DNA of 63,917 bases, filler included, from Octopus bimaculoides (taxonomy: Eukaryota), in the NCBI RefSeq assembly GCF_001194135.2. It is 7 parts of 6 records of this genome, joined end to end, with 100 filler letters (N's around TTAATTAATTAA, not from the genome) between each part and the next. Parts side by side here need not be neighbours in the genome. Positions count along the whole stretch, not along the records: positions 1 to 12,662 come from NC_068990.1; positions 12,763 to 20,508 come from NC_068991.1; 5 more parts are not named here. One strand, 5' to 3'. Both the position numbers and the translations under genes were made by a program. Below are positions 1 through 14,249 of the stretch, piece by piece (position 1 is the first letter of the stretch; each line of letters starts with the position of its first letter). The notes under the pieces were generated by a model. It saw nothing but the letters and a program-made list of their open reading frames with translations, searched no databases and was not told the origin of the DNA.

Positions 1-37
1 TGATACTTCTTGTGTAGCATCAATTTCAGTGGGGAGG

Positions 38-301
38 TGTTATATGGACTGTTAAATATGTAATTCGTCTGACGTTCCGTGTGTCATGTGGTTCGTCTGA
101 GTTCATTGTTTCATTGTTGTTGTCTTGTGTGACTGTCGGAGTAAAATGTCATTGATATATATATGGCGGACATGACTTTTGTTTATTCATAACGAACATT
201 GGGTGAGTGCGTTCTTTGTATGTAATTGAACAATAAATGTAATAATTAAATTGTATAACTCGTTGTGTTATCTCTGCGAGTCACCCGAGGGAAACATAAC
301 A
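38..301 (+). mobile_element. Probable retrotransposon LTR (3' LTR)
   Basis: Begins TGTTAT (38) and ends ATAACA (301), is preceded by a purine run agtggggagg (PPT-like) and contains AATAAA at 232. No TSD, as expected for a 3' LTR rather than a solo LTR. Confidence 0.5.
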
Positions 302-2173
302 GTCAGGTCTTTGAATTACCAGTACAGTCCATTCAACAGGCTTCCATACAGTTTCCATCAATCCAGTTTCACTCAAAAGGCTTGAAGTGACCCTAGGCGA
401 CAATAAAAGACACGTGCTGAAAGTTGTCACGTTGTGGGATTGAACTCAGAATGGACTAAACCCTTAACAACTATTCTCTATCATTAATCTACATTCTGGC
501 TTCAGTTTCTGTCTTGATTGACTTCAACTTTCCTTTTTCTAGGAGATGAGGATGTTGATGCAATCATAAACCAGTCATACACTGGGGTTTATTATATCTT
601 TATCCTAAAAACTCTCATGTCACAGTAACAGTCATATAACTGTTACGCTACGTTTATATTACAGTACTCTATGAAATATAAGATTTCAGTTTCATTGCAT
701 TAGAGCTCATAAAAGATATGTTTGTATGACGCTCAGTCTGACTATGTCTTTAATAACTCTGGGATTAATAAGTACCAGTAATTTACTGAAATTGATAAAA
801 TATATTTTTACATTTGTGATTAACAAATAGAAATCAGTATTGCAAGTATCCATACACATGACCTGAACTCATAAGCTATACCTAAAAGTATAGCTAAGGC
901 CATGTGGTTAAGGAGGGGCATAACAATGGCCAAGGTTGTTGCAGTTAAGGCTTTGTAGTTAAAAATACTTTTCACAATAACATTGCTTCAGATTCAGTCC
1001 CGTTGTCAGTCCGTTTGTTAATGTCTTTGACCATTGCCTTGGGTCAAGTGGAATTGCCTGTCAGAAAACAATGGCAGTTTCCTGAAAACCCTGTTCCTGT
1101 TTTCAGGTGGGTCACTTCAGCTATCGCCTGGTTTAATGTCACCACCACTTGGTCCTTGGGGACCATTAGCAGGGACCACTCTGTTGCAAGTATTTGGACC
1201 AAGTTTCATGAGTTCTTCCCCTTCCTCCTCATCACTCCACCAGGCTTGGAGATCTTGCAAGGAGGTTACAAGTGGTGCATTTTGCAATATGATTAAACCG
1301 TAAACAAATTTTGTGATAAAAGGGAAAAAATCTCTCTATATATTATAGTCTTTTTCTCTTGGAAATGATAACACCTTTCTGTATAGTGAGTCGATTGAGC
1401 GATCGATTGGTCAGTTGGTTGGTTGGTCAGTCAGTCACTCACTCTTTGCTTATATTCCTCTCTGTCGAAGAAGAAGAAGAAGAAGAGAAGGACAACTGTA
1501 TGAAATGTTCTTTTACTTATCGCAAGAAAGCAACTCTTTCAACTATATGTGTATCCTGGCTTTAGAAGAGGGGCACCACATTTCATTCTGCATGTTTAAG
1601 AAACGAATAAAAGAGTTGGCAACAGGAAGATGTCCAGTCATAAAACATTGCCTTAGTAATGCTGTCCGACCCAGGCCAGCATGGATTGGACAGTTTTAGT
1701 GAATGTAAAAACATGAATATCAATGATGATGATGATGATGCCAATTTTCTCAGATTCTAAATTTTATGTGAGAGACAGAGGAAAAGAGAGTGAGAGTAAA
1801 ATATTGAGAGAGAGAAAGAGAGGGAGTGTGTGAGAAAAATAAGGGTATAGATGAGTGAGAAAGGTTTGTGTTCGTGTGTGTATGTGTGTATGCATATGTG
1901 TGCGTGCGTGTGCATGTGTGTATGTGTGTATGTGTGTGTGTGCATGTGTGCATGTGTGTGTGTATGTGCAGGCGTGAATCTGCCACGACTGCCAATATAG
2001 TTTCTCTTATATATTTTAATTCTTTCTATTTAATCTTCCTCTCATTTCAGAACAATCTTTCAACAAATGTTGCAGAGAGAGAAACAGAGATGGTTAGACA
2101 GATAGATAGATAAATATATATATATATATATATATTGAGAGAGAGAGAGAGNNNNNNNNNNATATATATATAT

Positions 2174-2210
<37 letters not shown>

Positions 2211-4343
2211 CTCTCCCACTCTCTCTTTTACCCTCTCACACATCCACCTACGTACATAGATCTATGTTATAACTATATGAGATAAAACCCGAATTCACTT
2301 TGTAAATTTTACTCCTTTAATGTTGAGTGTTTGAACTTTTCTTAAAAGTTTCAAGAGAAAAGCTAATGTTTCTATATAAAGAAATATTTCTTAGCTTTTC
2401 TTGACAATATTTTTTTTCCCCCTGTTATATTCTTGGCTTGTTCTTAGGCACAATTTCGTTATTTTGCTCAAACTGTTTCGAAATCTATCTGACAGGCCAT
2501 CAATTTTATATATCATTTCGAGGAAATATTATTTTTCCTTTTCAGAAGTTTATGCATATGTATACATGTGTATGTGTGGGTAAGTGCATGCATCAGTGTG
2601 GTGTATTTGTGTGCATGCATATGAGATTGTGTGTGAAGAGTGAGAGAGAGAGGGAAAGAGAGACTTGAAGAGACAGAGAGAGAGGGGGAAAGAGAGACTT
2701 GAAGAGACAGATGGAGAGAAAGAAAGAAAGGAAAAGAACAACAAAAAATATCAAAGAGAAAAATCACATCGATTTCTCGTTATTATTATAGAAAAGAAAC
2801 ATCTTGTAAGACTTTTGGTTAAAACTCAAAATAATTTTTTCTAGAAGAACCTATATTTTAAGGCAATCATTCTCCCAGCTAATGTTCGGGATTTTTACAG
2901 TGACAAAAAAAAAAAGTAAAGAAAATAAAAGAAAAAAAACTATGGAACACGAGGACACACAAAAAAAGAAAAAAAATTAAGATGCAATGAGCCTGCCTGA
3001 AAATAATTCTAACATATATTAGAATGTTGTAAAATAAGTGCAGGTAGCAATAGGAAATTGTAAAATGTTAAAAATATAAAACGGACTAAACTAAATAACA
3101 CAATTTGTTGATGGATGAAAAAATACAACTATGTTAAATTTAATGACAGAAACATAAAACGGTGGAGGGAATGAAGCAATATTCTGTTTATGTTGGAAAT
3201 ATATAAATCTAAATATCTAAGAGGGGGAAAAAATAGGCAAAGTAGTATCAGTCATAAAAACCTTTCTCTAAGATGCCAAATACTAAAACACAACCATTTG
3301 AAGGTGTTTCCACTGTTCAGGGAAGCAGTCATTGCTATAAGCAACTGTCCTCTTTTGGGAAATCAGGAAAAAGTAGTTTTGCCTTCTCTTTTCAAGGTGA
3401 CTACACACTGATTACAGTTGAATGAACAAAACCTTAATCAATACCAAATACTGAATTATTTGGCACACAACGAACCAACAGATATCTTATCGTGTGAAGG
3501 TGGTGGATCACAAAATCAGTAGAGCATTGGATAAAAATAGCTTGGGATATTTGTTGGTGTCTCTTTACATTCTCAGCTCAAATTCTGTAAAAGTCATCTT
3601 TGCCTTTCATCGTTTTTGAGATTGATAAGATAGCAGTGAATAACTGGAGTCAATTTAATCAACTATACTCGCCTCTCAAAATATATGGTCTTCTATCTAC
3701 TTTAGTAAAAGTATGACAACAGTGTGAGAATGTACAGAAAATTTATGAAAATCTTACTTTGAACTTGGATTCTTTTTATAAAAGGTAGTTGGTCTGCATT
3801 AGGAAGTTGAATAACCAAAGATAGTTGTTCAGTGCTAGCAATATGAATCTAGGGAACATAGTGATCATAATTTCTCAGTAGTCAATTGAAATTGTATACA
3901 TTGCATCAATGTGTATACAATGTTAGTATAGAATATACATATGCATATATTCTATTCTAACTTTACTTCAAGCCAGTAGGGTCTGTACTCATGTATATTG
4001 ATGAAACCAAAGAGTTTCTCAACTTGATATATTGCCTCATCTCATATTAGTGATTTATAACCATAAACTGGAATGTAAATATCCATTTCCCATCATGAAG
4101 AGGCAGAATTCGAACACAAAATGCAAAGATCCAAAACATATACTGCCAGGCATTCTGTTTAAAATCTCGCAATTTTGCTAATCCATCTCAAGATTAGCAC
4201 TTTATTAATCAAAATCCAATAGAATGAAAAGAAAAGGTAACCACAATGGGATTTGAACTCAGAGTGGACAGAGCTAGAGCAAATGCCAAAAGGCATTGCA
4301 TCCAACATTCTAATAACTCTGGTCGTTACTTAAGATATATTAT

Positions 4344-4729
4344 TGTTGTCGGCACTCCGTCGCTTACGAGGGCGAGGGTTCCGGTTGATCCGATCAACGG
4401 AACAGCCTGCTCGTGAAATTTATGTGCAAGTGGCTGAGCACTCCACAAACACGTGTACCCTTGACGTAGTTCTCGGGGATGTTCAGCGTGACACAGTGTG
4501 ACAAGGCTGACCCTTTGAATTACAAGCACAACAGAAATAGGAAGAAAGAGTGAGAGAAAGTTGTGGTGAAAGAGTACAGCAGGGTTCGCCACCATCCCCT
4601 GCCAGAGCCTCGTGGAGCTTTAGGTATTTTCGCTCAATAAGCACTCACAACACCTGGTCTGGGAATCGAAACCGTGATCCTATGACCACGAGTCCACTGC
4701 CCTAACGACTGAGCCATTGCGCCTCCACG
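4344..4729 (-). mobile_element. tRNA-derived SINE, family A, full length with TSD
   Basis: Head ggaggcgcaatggctcagtcgttagggcag...ggtttcgattccc (A/B boxes), (CAA)n tail, 12-bp TSD aagatatattat at 4332-4343 and 4730-4741. Near-identical to 55582-55965 and 47592-47929. Confidence 0.85.
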
Positions 4730-6638
4730 AAGATATATTATATAGCATTATTAAATAAAACAAACAGATGAATGTAAGTTAAAGAAATTAGTAATTCAAT
4801 TATTTTAGTATTTTAGTTTTTAGTTTTACTTCATAAGTACATATTACCAATAACTGAACTTGTTCTCTCAAGTGGTCTATCACTATCTTTCCTGAGATTT
4901 GCCTCAAAATGTACCTGTCCCCTCATGCTACTTCATCCTGTTCAAAGCGTATACTAACCAATATATGTTACTATCTTACACCATCTTACACCACTACTCT
5001 ATATTATCACTGTCATAATCTATGACTATTTTTATTGAATATTTTCATGAGTTAGTATGAACTATTGCCACACCTGATTTTTTCTATGAAACTCTGCTAT
5101 TCTCTTACTTAACTCTTTTTACTATGGATATCACATACAAAATAAAATTTCATTGCCTTTAACTGTGGAAAGTAGTTTTATATACTAATCTATCTTTTGT
5201 TGAAGAATGTCCTGTTTGAAACTATTTTCTATTGAGATATATCAAATTTACTGAGGCAACACGACTTGCAAGAAATATCAACAGTTCTATTGTTTGGTAG
5301 ACTCAGGAAATTTCATTTCACAGTGACAGAGATAAACACTTCCCTTTCTTTCCTTGCTTTTTTTTCTTCTCTATTCTCAGTAATTTTTACATATCAACAC
5401 TGCTTAATTCTCACCCAGCAGCTGTAACAAATATCTATATCAACACAGCAGCCTCTTCTATATGGTACACTTGATGTCTTTAATGCTCAAACCAAAGCGA
5501 GTCTTCTGAAACAGAATAAATGAATCTTCTACATCTAACTTTATAGAGGGAAACCACTGACATTTAAGAGTTCTCAGACAAACCAGCCTTCCATCCTACT
5601 AAAGCCAACAAACAGAAATAAAACATTTATTGACTGCTACAATCTCAAGATGTATTGCTCCAATCCTGATCCTGGTTTCTACAGCTGTTTCAGAATATTA
5701 TTGACATCTGTGAAAAATTCTGTTTTAGTTTGTTGCAATTTCCCTCTCCCTCTATGTTTCATCAACATTATGTTGTTTTATGCATGCCCAGGTTACTATA
5801 TACAGCATATACTCAATATATATAAATCCTAATGGCTACCTAGTTGTCACATAAGTATCTACACTAATTTTGGCCTGTTAGCTGTTTTTAAATATAACTC
5901 ACAAGAGGTAAATGAAACTAGAATTGTGAAACAGTAACCTCTCTGGCATTTACAAAAGCTAGGAATGTTCACAGCATATTATAAAGCAAATAGCTGTTCA
6001 GATTCCTCCATACATATTGTTATAGATGTGGAGGTGCAATGGCCCAGTGGTTATAAAAGCACCCACTACACTCTCAGAGTGGTTGACTTTAGGAAGGGCA
6101 TCCAGCTGTAGAAACTCTGCCAAATCAGATTGGAGCTTGGTGTAACCATCTGGTTCACCAGTCCTCAGTCAAATCGTCCAACCCATGCTAGCATGGAAAG
6201 CGGACGTTAAACGATGATGATGATGATGATGTGTATGTATATATANNNNNNNNNNNNNNNNNNNNNNNNNNNNNNNNNNNNNNNNNNNNNNNNNNNNNNN
6301 NNNNNNNNNNNNNNNNNNNNNNNNNNNNNNNNNNNNNNNNNNNNNNNNNNNNNNNNNNNNNNNNNNNNNNNNNNNNNNNNNNNNNNNNNNNNNNNNNNNN
6401 NNNNNNNNNNNNNNNNNNNNNNNNNNNNNNNNNNNNNNNNNNNNNNNNNNNNNNNNNNNNNNNNNNNNNNNNNNNNNNNNNNNNNNNNNNNNNNNNNNNN
6501 NNNNNNNNNNNNNNNNNNNNNNNNNNNNNNNNNNNNNNNNNNNNNNNNNNNNNNNNNNNNNNNNNNNNNNNNNNNNNNNNNNNNNNNNNNNNNNNNNNNN
6601 NNNNNNNNNNNNNNNNNNNNNNNNNNNNNNNNNNNNNN

Positions 6639-7320
6639 GGTTTTATTAGTTTGCCTAAGAGTAAATTGAAGGAAATGGTTAATTTCATTATTAATAGTGC
6701 ATATATTGCTGTGTCTGATAGGATATCTAAACAAGATAATAGTTTTCCAATGGTTTGTAACCCTTTATTAGCTAAAATATATTTGTTTTCATGTGACTTT
6801 TGTTTTCTTACTGATTTATGCTAAAAGAAAACAATTTGTTTAGTTAAACAGCTTATTGGCTGCTGCAGGTATATTGAATATTTTTATTCTTAACTACAAT
6901 TTGGGGGATAATTTGCTTGTGAAAATATGTCCAGAAGATCACGTAGCTAATAGAAATGTGGATACAGTGAATAAGGTTAATTTAGATGTTAAGGTAGTTA
7001 TTATGGATAACAAGGTTATAACCATTGTTTATAATAAAACTGATAACTTTAATTTCCATACTGGATCCTTATTTGAAGCATTGAATAGAATTCTGTCTAG
7101 AGAAAGGTATAAAGTGTTCTCCAGTTAAGTTATTAGATACAGCAGAATTACAAAGGAAATTGATGTATTTGTGAACTGAGTTAAGCTGTTGATGAAGTGT
7201 ATGTAAAAATAAGGTTACAACAGGAAATTGCTGGTTAAAAGTTTTAAGTGTTGCTTAAAGAGACATAATGAAGTTTTAAAAAAAATTAGGGGTGATTTCT
7301 AGTTTAAGCCTCGTATGAAT
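6639..7320 (+). mobile_element. Decayed Penelope-like element reverse transcriptase fragment
   Basis: Across frameshifts: LKEMVNFIINSAYIAVSDRISKQDNSFPMVCNPLLAKIYLFSCD, CRYIEY (degenerate RYIDD), NLDVKV...VYNKTDNFNF, VFSS*VIRYSRI. These match the PLE RT motif order (GIPMG..PLLANL; RYIDD; FLD; YDKRDDFNF; SQLIRYAR). Confidence 0.75.
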
Positions 7321-8364
7321 CTTTACAATGATTTGTTTAAACATTGATTGCTGTTGTTGTTTTGCATTTCCTATCACATGTTATTAGGTAGGATATCATT
7401 TCCACTAGGAACTGGCTTTAAGACTTTCACTCATACATTACGATTGGTCTTGATTAGCAGTAGAGTCAGGAGGTAAGTCTTAGCTTTCCTCATAGCACAT
7501 GGGTTCAATGCAGATTATGTGGAAAATATTTTCGATATGGTTGGTTCCTTTTAATTACTATTTTTTACTTGTTTAAGCATGTTTTATGAGTTGTTCAGTG
7601 GCAATTTTAGTTTTAATACATTTTCTATAATTAATTTATAACATTTATTATCTTTTATGTTTTAATCATGGCAATGCCTGTTTTAGTTTATGTTCTTTAA
7701 TCAATTTATGTTTAACGGTTCTGGGAAGATGCATTCCCTTGTTTTTGGTTATGTTTGTTACCATGTAACACAGTGGCAGGTTATTCTTATGGTATTTATT
7801 ATATTTTACATATTTTATTGATTTATGTTTGTAACTTAATGTTTTTGATTTATGTGGTTAATAACTTCGATTTACTATGCTTAGTTTGTTTTTGTTTTAT
7901 AGTTCTTTAGGTAGCATATTTCCATTTTGATTTATTTTCTCTATATTCTATGCTTATTTTATTTACTTTCTACTTTTGATAGCTACAGTCATGTGATGAT
8001 TTCTGTTGGAAATTTGATATTTGTATTTGTGCTTTGTAAGTATCACCAGGTGTCAACTTAATGAACACACTGTGCTTGTACTTGGCCTCTGATTCTTGTC
8101 AAATATTTCCAAGCAGCTCTTATATTATATCACTGGATTGATTAGTGCTGCCCAGGTGTTGAAGCCATAATGATATTTGTCCGGCAGCTGAAGATGGAAT
8201 AAGTTTACTGTGTTTGTTTATTTCCATTTGTTTTTCATTGTGAGTCATTTGTATTTCATATTCTCATTGCTTTGGAGTAGTCTTCTATTGAGATTCTATT
8301 TCCAATAAGAGTTACACTTGTTCATGGAATTTAGAGCTTATGGTGAGTTTGTTGTATGTGTGTA

Positions 8365-8423
<59 letters not shown>

Positions 8424-8541
8424 TACTATAGGCTCAGGCCAACCAAAGCCTTGTGAGTAGAAATGGTGGATGAAAACTGAAAGAAGTTTATGTATATGTG
8501 TGTGTGTGAGAGTGTGTGTGTATGTTTATGTGTATGTGTGT

Positions 8542-8592
<51 letters not shown>

Positions 8593-9059
8593 TCACCCCA
8601 CCATTGCTTGATGGTGGTGTGCTTATATCCCTGAAACTTAGTGGTTTGGTAAAAGAGACTGATAGAATAAGTACTAGGGTTACAAAGAACAAGACCTGGG
8701 GTCAATTTATTCGGCTAAAACCCTTAAAGGTGGTGCTCCAGCATAGCTACAGTCAAATGACTGAAACAAGTCAAAATAAGAACCAGTTCAAAAATATATT
8801 TAACAATAACATAAAGCAATGACCAAAGAATGAGTTCTGTACATTGTTACTTCCTGTTACAGCTTTGACATCTATATTCATGCAGTAATATGGCGGTCTG
8901 CTCTTATTGTCACCACACTATTTACTACAAACAGTTTCATATTGTGTTGGGACTATGAAATAACAGCTAACTCATCAACTCCATGTATTGCTAGCTCTGA
9001 CCGTGTTGACCTATAGTCAAAATGGTCCTGACATGACCATCATAACTTTTTTTGAAATG

Positions 9060-9480
9060 TAGTGTGTAATAATGAAATTGTTGTATACAATGCTCAGGTG
9101 CACCACAAAATGAAAAATAATAAAAAAGGGTGGGATCAGGTGTACTGCTGGCAAATTTCAAAAAGCATGGAAGTTTGGAAGGATGTAGTATCTCCACAGC
9201 TAACAACTGAGGCAAGTTGTTTACTCCATGCTTCAACAATTCTGAGTGTGAAAAAATGTTTCTGAAAGTCATGGGTGCTGGTGTTGTTTTTTTGATTTTG
9301 TAAGTATGTCTACAAGCATTTGACATATGAAATTCAAAAAGGTGCCTAAGGTAATTGTTGGAAAGATGGTAGATAATCTTGTGGATGTCTGCTAAGTCAG
9401 TTGCCAGACGGAGCTTTAATGTGTCCATGCCCAGGGAAGCAAGACGTTCGGAGTATGGTAGATGCCTGACAGTGGGCATT
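9060..9480 (-). mobile_element. CR1-clade LINE 3' fragment
   Basis: Translation LPYSERLASLGMDTLKLRLATDLADIHKII...RHTYKIKK...FRNIFS matches the CR1 ORF2 C-terminus (YEERL..LGL.SL..RR...DL...YKI...RGH..KL). Confidence 0.8.
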
Positions 9481-11993
9481 GGCTTTGTCCTTTCTCTTTT
9501 TAAGATAGTAGGGTATGGTTTCTAAGAAGATTTGGTCGTTATTTCTAGAAAGTCAAGCAACTACATAAGTGTTCCTCACCTTCATTTGTTGGGTTAAAGG
9601 TTGTTGGCCGCACAGCTCAAAGTCAACACTAGAAGATTATTTCACAGTCATTATTAAGAAGGAATATAATAATTAAATAATTACAACTATAAACAAGTAA
9701 TCTAATTTAGAGTGTATCAATTTATTAAATCAATGACATTTGTGGTAAACCACCACCAACAATTGTGTTCTACAACTAATAGCTGGAAATGTAGTTTTAG
9801 CTGAAACTAGTGAAATAGAGATCAGTAGCAGCTTTAGAAATTATGTTCAAATATGAAAAGAATGAGAATTGGAGGTGATGTCCCAGTAGAGACCATGCCA
9901 GCTTTAGTTACACTTGACTGATTTCGTAACGATGAATGGCTTTTCTTGGTTGTTTATGGGTTATTTTGGAAAGGTGTAAAGGAGCATTGACACAGAGTTC
10001 TGAATATGTTAACAGTGGAACTGAATATAAAGAGAAAACATTAATGGTTTTGAAGTTTTCATAATAGCTTATTCTCGAAATTCTCATAGGATGTTAGAGA
10101 AATAGAAAAGCTTCCCAAGCTGAAATGGTCAGTGGCAGTTCAAACAACTTCTGTGTTGTGGTTTTACATATTTACATAAAATCAAAGGATTGATACTTTC
10201 ATGTTGACAATATGGTGGAGTTTGAAGTTTATTCTATTTGGTAGTTAAAACAACTAAGAAATATTGTTTGAAATTAATGCATGAGAAAAATAGTGTTGCA
10301 CCAAGGTATGATGAATAGCTGTTCATGTTGAGTTTTTACATTCTTTGAAGTGAAATTCTACTCTATATTAACAGTGTTCCCGCCATCCACTATATCAAAC
10401 ATACACCACACAGGCATCCTTAAAGAACATGACAACCTGGGAGAAGTTGAACTTGCTGGATCAACTTGATTTGTTTTAGGATAAAAGAACAGTCACAAAT
10501 CAACATACTGTTTGTACCATTCCTAGCATGAGTATTGTTAGAATTTGAATTTACATCTCTAGCAAACCCACTCTACTTTACTGCATGGTTCACTCTACTC
10601 CAGTCTTCTACTGTAAAGTGTTATGGTTTCAACACTATAAATTGGTGTCGAAACTAATAACACCCTGGAATTATTAAGAATTGATCAGCAAGCAAATGCA
10701 TAGAAAATTTTTCATTAGCTTGTGTGGACATGTTGTTTCAATAGCAGTGCCCCAGCATGGCCACATTTCATTGGCTGAAATCAGTAACAGATGAATAAGA
10801 CACAATATAGCAAACTAACAACATCAACTCTATAGCAAATATTACCACATATCATCTCTTAATCAGAAGATTTCAAGTAATTACTAATTAAGTTTTAATC
10901 ATTTAATTAAAAAGAGAGAAAGACAGGGACAGACAAGGCAGGGCCTCATAAATTAGGAATGTTGAAGCTGTAGGTCAACATCTGCAGAGATGGGATATAA
11001 TATAATACAATTTGTGGTAGAAAGAATAACCTGTAAAAAAAATTGATTCAATAAAAAAATAATTAAAAAACCCCTGCTTCCTCTCACCCTACCCCAAGAG
11101 ACAATTATACCTAAAATAGTCCAACAAAATTTCAAGCAGTAACTTTTTCCACTAATCCTGTAATCTTCAGTATTAGCTATTTGACCACAACATTCTAATA
11201 TCTGGCAGTCACAGTAAGATTAAAGTGATGGTATCTAATAAGACTGAAACATGTCTGTAGTTGTCTCTATACTGTCAAAAACCAGACTCACCACTCTGTT
11301 CTATATTTGATGTTAATTTAAATGGTCCGGTTGTCTTTCCTACCTTTCTTCACAGAATTAGTTATTAAGATAATAATTTTGTTTTCATTGCTGTAGGTAT
11401 AATTTTTAATTAGTTAGAATATTCTGGCTCACTATGCTAAGTACATTAGTGCCCACTTAATTATTTATTCCCCAACCACTTTACTAATTAAGAGTTTCTG
11501 TAGTTTAAATAAAAGTAATCTAACATCTTCAGACATTCATGACAGCAGTAAACAAACACTGCCAAAAATAACGAAATCACAGATCCTGTGCCAATGTTGA
11601 TATTTAATTTTTTTCTCTTTAATAAGTTAAAATAGAAGTGAAGGTAGGTTAGATTGAAAGTGTGCTGAAACTCTTGTAGGTTTAATATCTTGGGGTTTCA
11701 AGTTCAAATCATACTAATGTTGAGTTAAATATTTTTCTCTATTTTTTTTTCTGCATCGATAAAACAATATTGATTAAAATGTCATTGTACTAATTTCTTC
11801 TATAATTTCTCATACATATTTAGAATTACTAACGACTTTGAAGACTCTAAAAATTTGTTAATTTTGCTAACAATTATTCCAAAAACTATTAGTGTGAATA
11901 ATTCTGAAATGCAAATACATTACATTAAACAGAATATTACATTGTTTGCCATATTTACCAGCATACAAATCAAAATTTTCAAACCAAAATTTA

Positions 11994-12245
11994 TTGGGTT
12001 AGTGCATAATTACTGTGACTTTTTTTCAACAAATTTTATTCAACAAAAACAATAACAACATGTAACAAAAGCATCTTTAAATGATTATTCAGGAGCATAT
12101 TCACCATCTACTTCAATTACTGCTTCCCATTTGCTTGGCAGACAGTCAGACCATCATTTAAAGAAGTTTTTGTTAAATATTGTTATTGTTTTTGTTGAAT
12201 AAAATTTGTTGAAAAAAAAGCTGTAATAATTATGCACCAACCCAA
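11994..12245 (-). mobile_element. Mariner-derived MITE (internal-deletion derivative)
   Basis: ~65-bp inverted ends (ttgggttagtgcataatta... / ...taattatgcaccaacccaa), TA at the left end. The interior on the minus strand reads LPSKWEAVIEVDGEY, like the mariner transposase C-terminus. Confidence 0.75.
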
Positions 12246-12662
12246 CATATCCAAAAAGGTAGATCTACTTATAGATCAAGATGACTTTCGAAGACCAAAA
12301 ATTCCATGTGAAATCCATCAAGAATTGGAAAGATAGAGAATAATGTTTTAATGTTTACACTATATTATACTATATTGACTTGTATGCAGGAAAATTTGAT
12401 GCACCATCTTCACAAGAATGTATTATTTTATTCTTTTACTTGTTTCAGTCATTTGACTGTGGCCATGCTGGAGCACTGTCTTTAGTTGAACAAATCGCCC
12501 CCAGGACTTATTGTTTGTAAGCTTAGTACTTTTTCTATTGGTCTCTTTTGCCGAACTGCTAAGCTATGGGGATGTAAACACACTAACATCAGTTGTCAAG
12601 TGATGTTGGGTGGACAAATACAGACACATAAACATATACATATATATATATATATATATATA

Positions 12663-12762
12663 NNNNNNNNNNNNNNNNNNNNNNNNNNNNNNNNNNNNNN
12701 NNNNNNTTAATTAATTAANNNNNNNNNNNNNNNNNNNNNNNNNNNNNNNNNNNNNNNNNNNN
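12663..12762. other. Artificial scaffold join (44 N + TTAATTAATTAA + 44 N)
   Basis: Identical 100-nt cassettes at 12663, 20509, 25593, 40543, 46173 and 62455; the 12-mer has stops in all six frames. Confidence 0.95.
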
Positions 12763-12855
12763 ATATATATATATATACATACATATATATATACACATAC
12801 ATATAATTATATATACATACATACATACATATATATGTGTATATATATTTATAGA

Positions 12856-14217
12856 CAGGGTTGTCCAAAATTCACCTCACAGTAAATCAAAATTCCATAA
12901 ATACTTAAAATTCAATTTTATTTATTCATTCTAATTATGAATGTTTAATAATTGAATGCTGTGAGTTAAAAAATCATCATTATTTTTCAGCATTTGTCTG
13001 TTTATTAGCGAAGTCTCATATAAAATAATTTTGGGTTTTAATTGCAGGTTTTTTTTTAAGCCCATAAGCACGAACAAACTGACTCTGCAACAGAGAATAT
13101 TTGTTACTGAAAAATACTACAAGTGTGATAATGCACAAAGAGTTCGTGAAGAATGGATAAACGAGTATGGTGATGAAATAAATCCTCCACATAGAAATAT
13201 TATTTATCATCTACGAGATTGAGTTCGTAAAAATAGAACTGTGGCCATGTAGTGTTAGAACCTGAAAAATGGCAGATTCTGCGGCTATGGCTCATCACAC
13301 AAAGTCCAGAACAGAGTACTTTTCGACAAAGTACCGAACTTGATATTTCAAGATCATCTCTTTGGAGAATTTTGCAAGAAAATGGCTATAAACTATAATA
13401 CCCTAAGTTAATTCATGGTCTTGTGGAGGACGCTGCAGATAGAAAACTACAAAGGTGTCAACCCTTCATTAGCCAATTTGACAATGATCCTCAGCCATCC
13501 AATAAGATAATGTGGTCTGACGAAGCATCATTCAAATTAAACACCATGATTAACTGTCACAATTGTGTGATTTACGCTACTGAAAACCCACATTTGACTT
13601 ACGAACAACAACTGAATCAGCCTGGTGTCACTGTTTGGGGAGCTCTCAGTCCTGATGGGTTATTAGGCTCTATTTTCTTTATGAAACTGTCACTGGCGAT
13701 AACTATTTAGAAATGCTGAATGAGTATGTCTTTCCATAGCTGCGAGAAAAGCCGGACTTTAATACTTTGCTGTTCATGCAAGATGGTGCGCATCCCCATT
13801 ACACCAAAAAGGGTATGTGATCTGTTAGACAGTTTGGCAGAAGGTTGGACTGGATGTAGAGGATCTATTGAGTGGGCTCCATGTTCATGTGACCTCACAC
13901 CAACAGACTTTAGTATCTGGGGAATGATGAAAGATTGAGTTTTTAACAGAAATACAAAGGACCCTAGTTAGGTTGCAAGCTGCCATAGAAACAAAATTCC
14001 AACTTATTAATGCAAAAAAAGGTACGTTATTGTACTATCTGTAATTCTGTATTGACTCGAATGGAAAAATGTGTCACCCAAGGACTTCAGTTAGAACAAT
14101 TTTCATGATGTTTCATATTTAAGATGCTTTTATTAAATTCATTCAGTTGTTAAACATAAATAAATCTTGCAATTAAATGGTTTTGATTTACTGTCAGGTG
14201 ACTTTTGGCGAATCCTG
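12856..14217 (+). mobile_element. Full-length decayed Tc1/mariner-superfamily DNA transposon, DD41D (rosa/Visitor)-type
   Basis: 37-bp imperfect TIRs (cagggttgtccaaaattcacctcacagtaaatcaaaa at 12856; reverse complement ending 14217, 5 mismatches), TA at the right end, (TA)n on both sides. Frameshifted transposase: N-terminal LTLQQRIFVTEKY (DUF4817-like HTH), WSDEASFKL, GVTVWGALS, MQDGAHPH, WAPCSCDLTPTDFSIWG. About 40-41 residues lie between the 2nd and 3rd catalytic D, depending on frameshift repair. Confidence 0.88.

Positions 14218-14249
<32 letters not shown>

Noticed and set aside
1003-1303. Overlapping 97- and 89-aa plus ORFs in a GC-richer patch
   Set aside because: No recognisable motif or convincing splice sites; possibly an old repeat remnant.
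5415-5505. Minus-strand segment with good acceptor (tttcag) and donor (gtgaga)
   Set aside because: Stops in all three frames; at most a non-coding exon.
12707-12718. TTAATTAATTAA as a conserved biological motif
   Set aside because: Always centred in exactly 88 N; it is an assembly linker.
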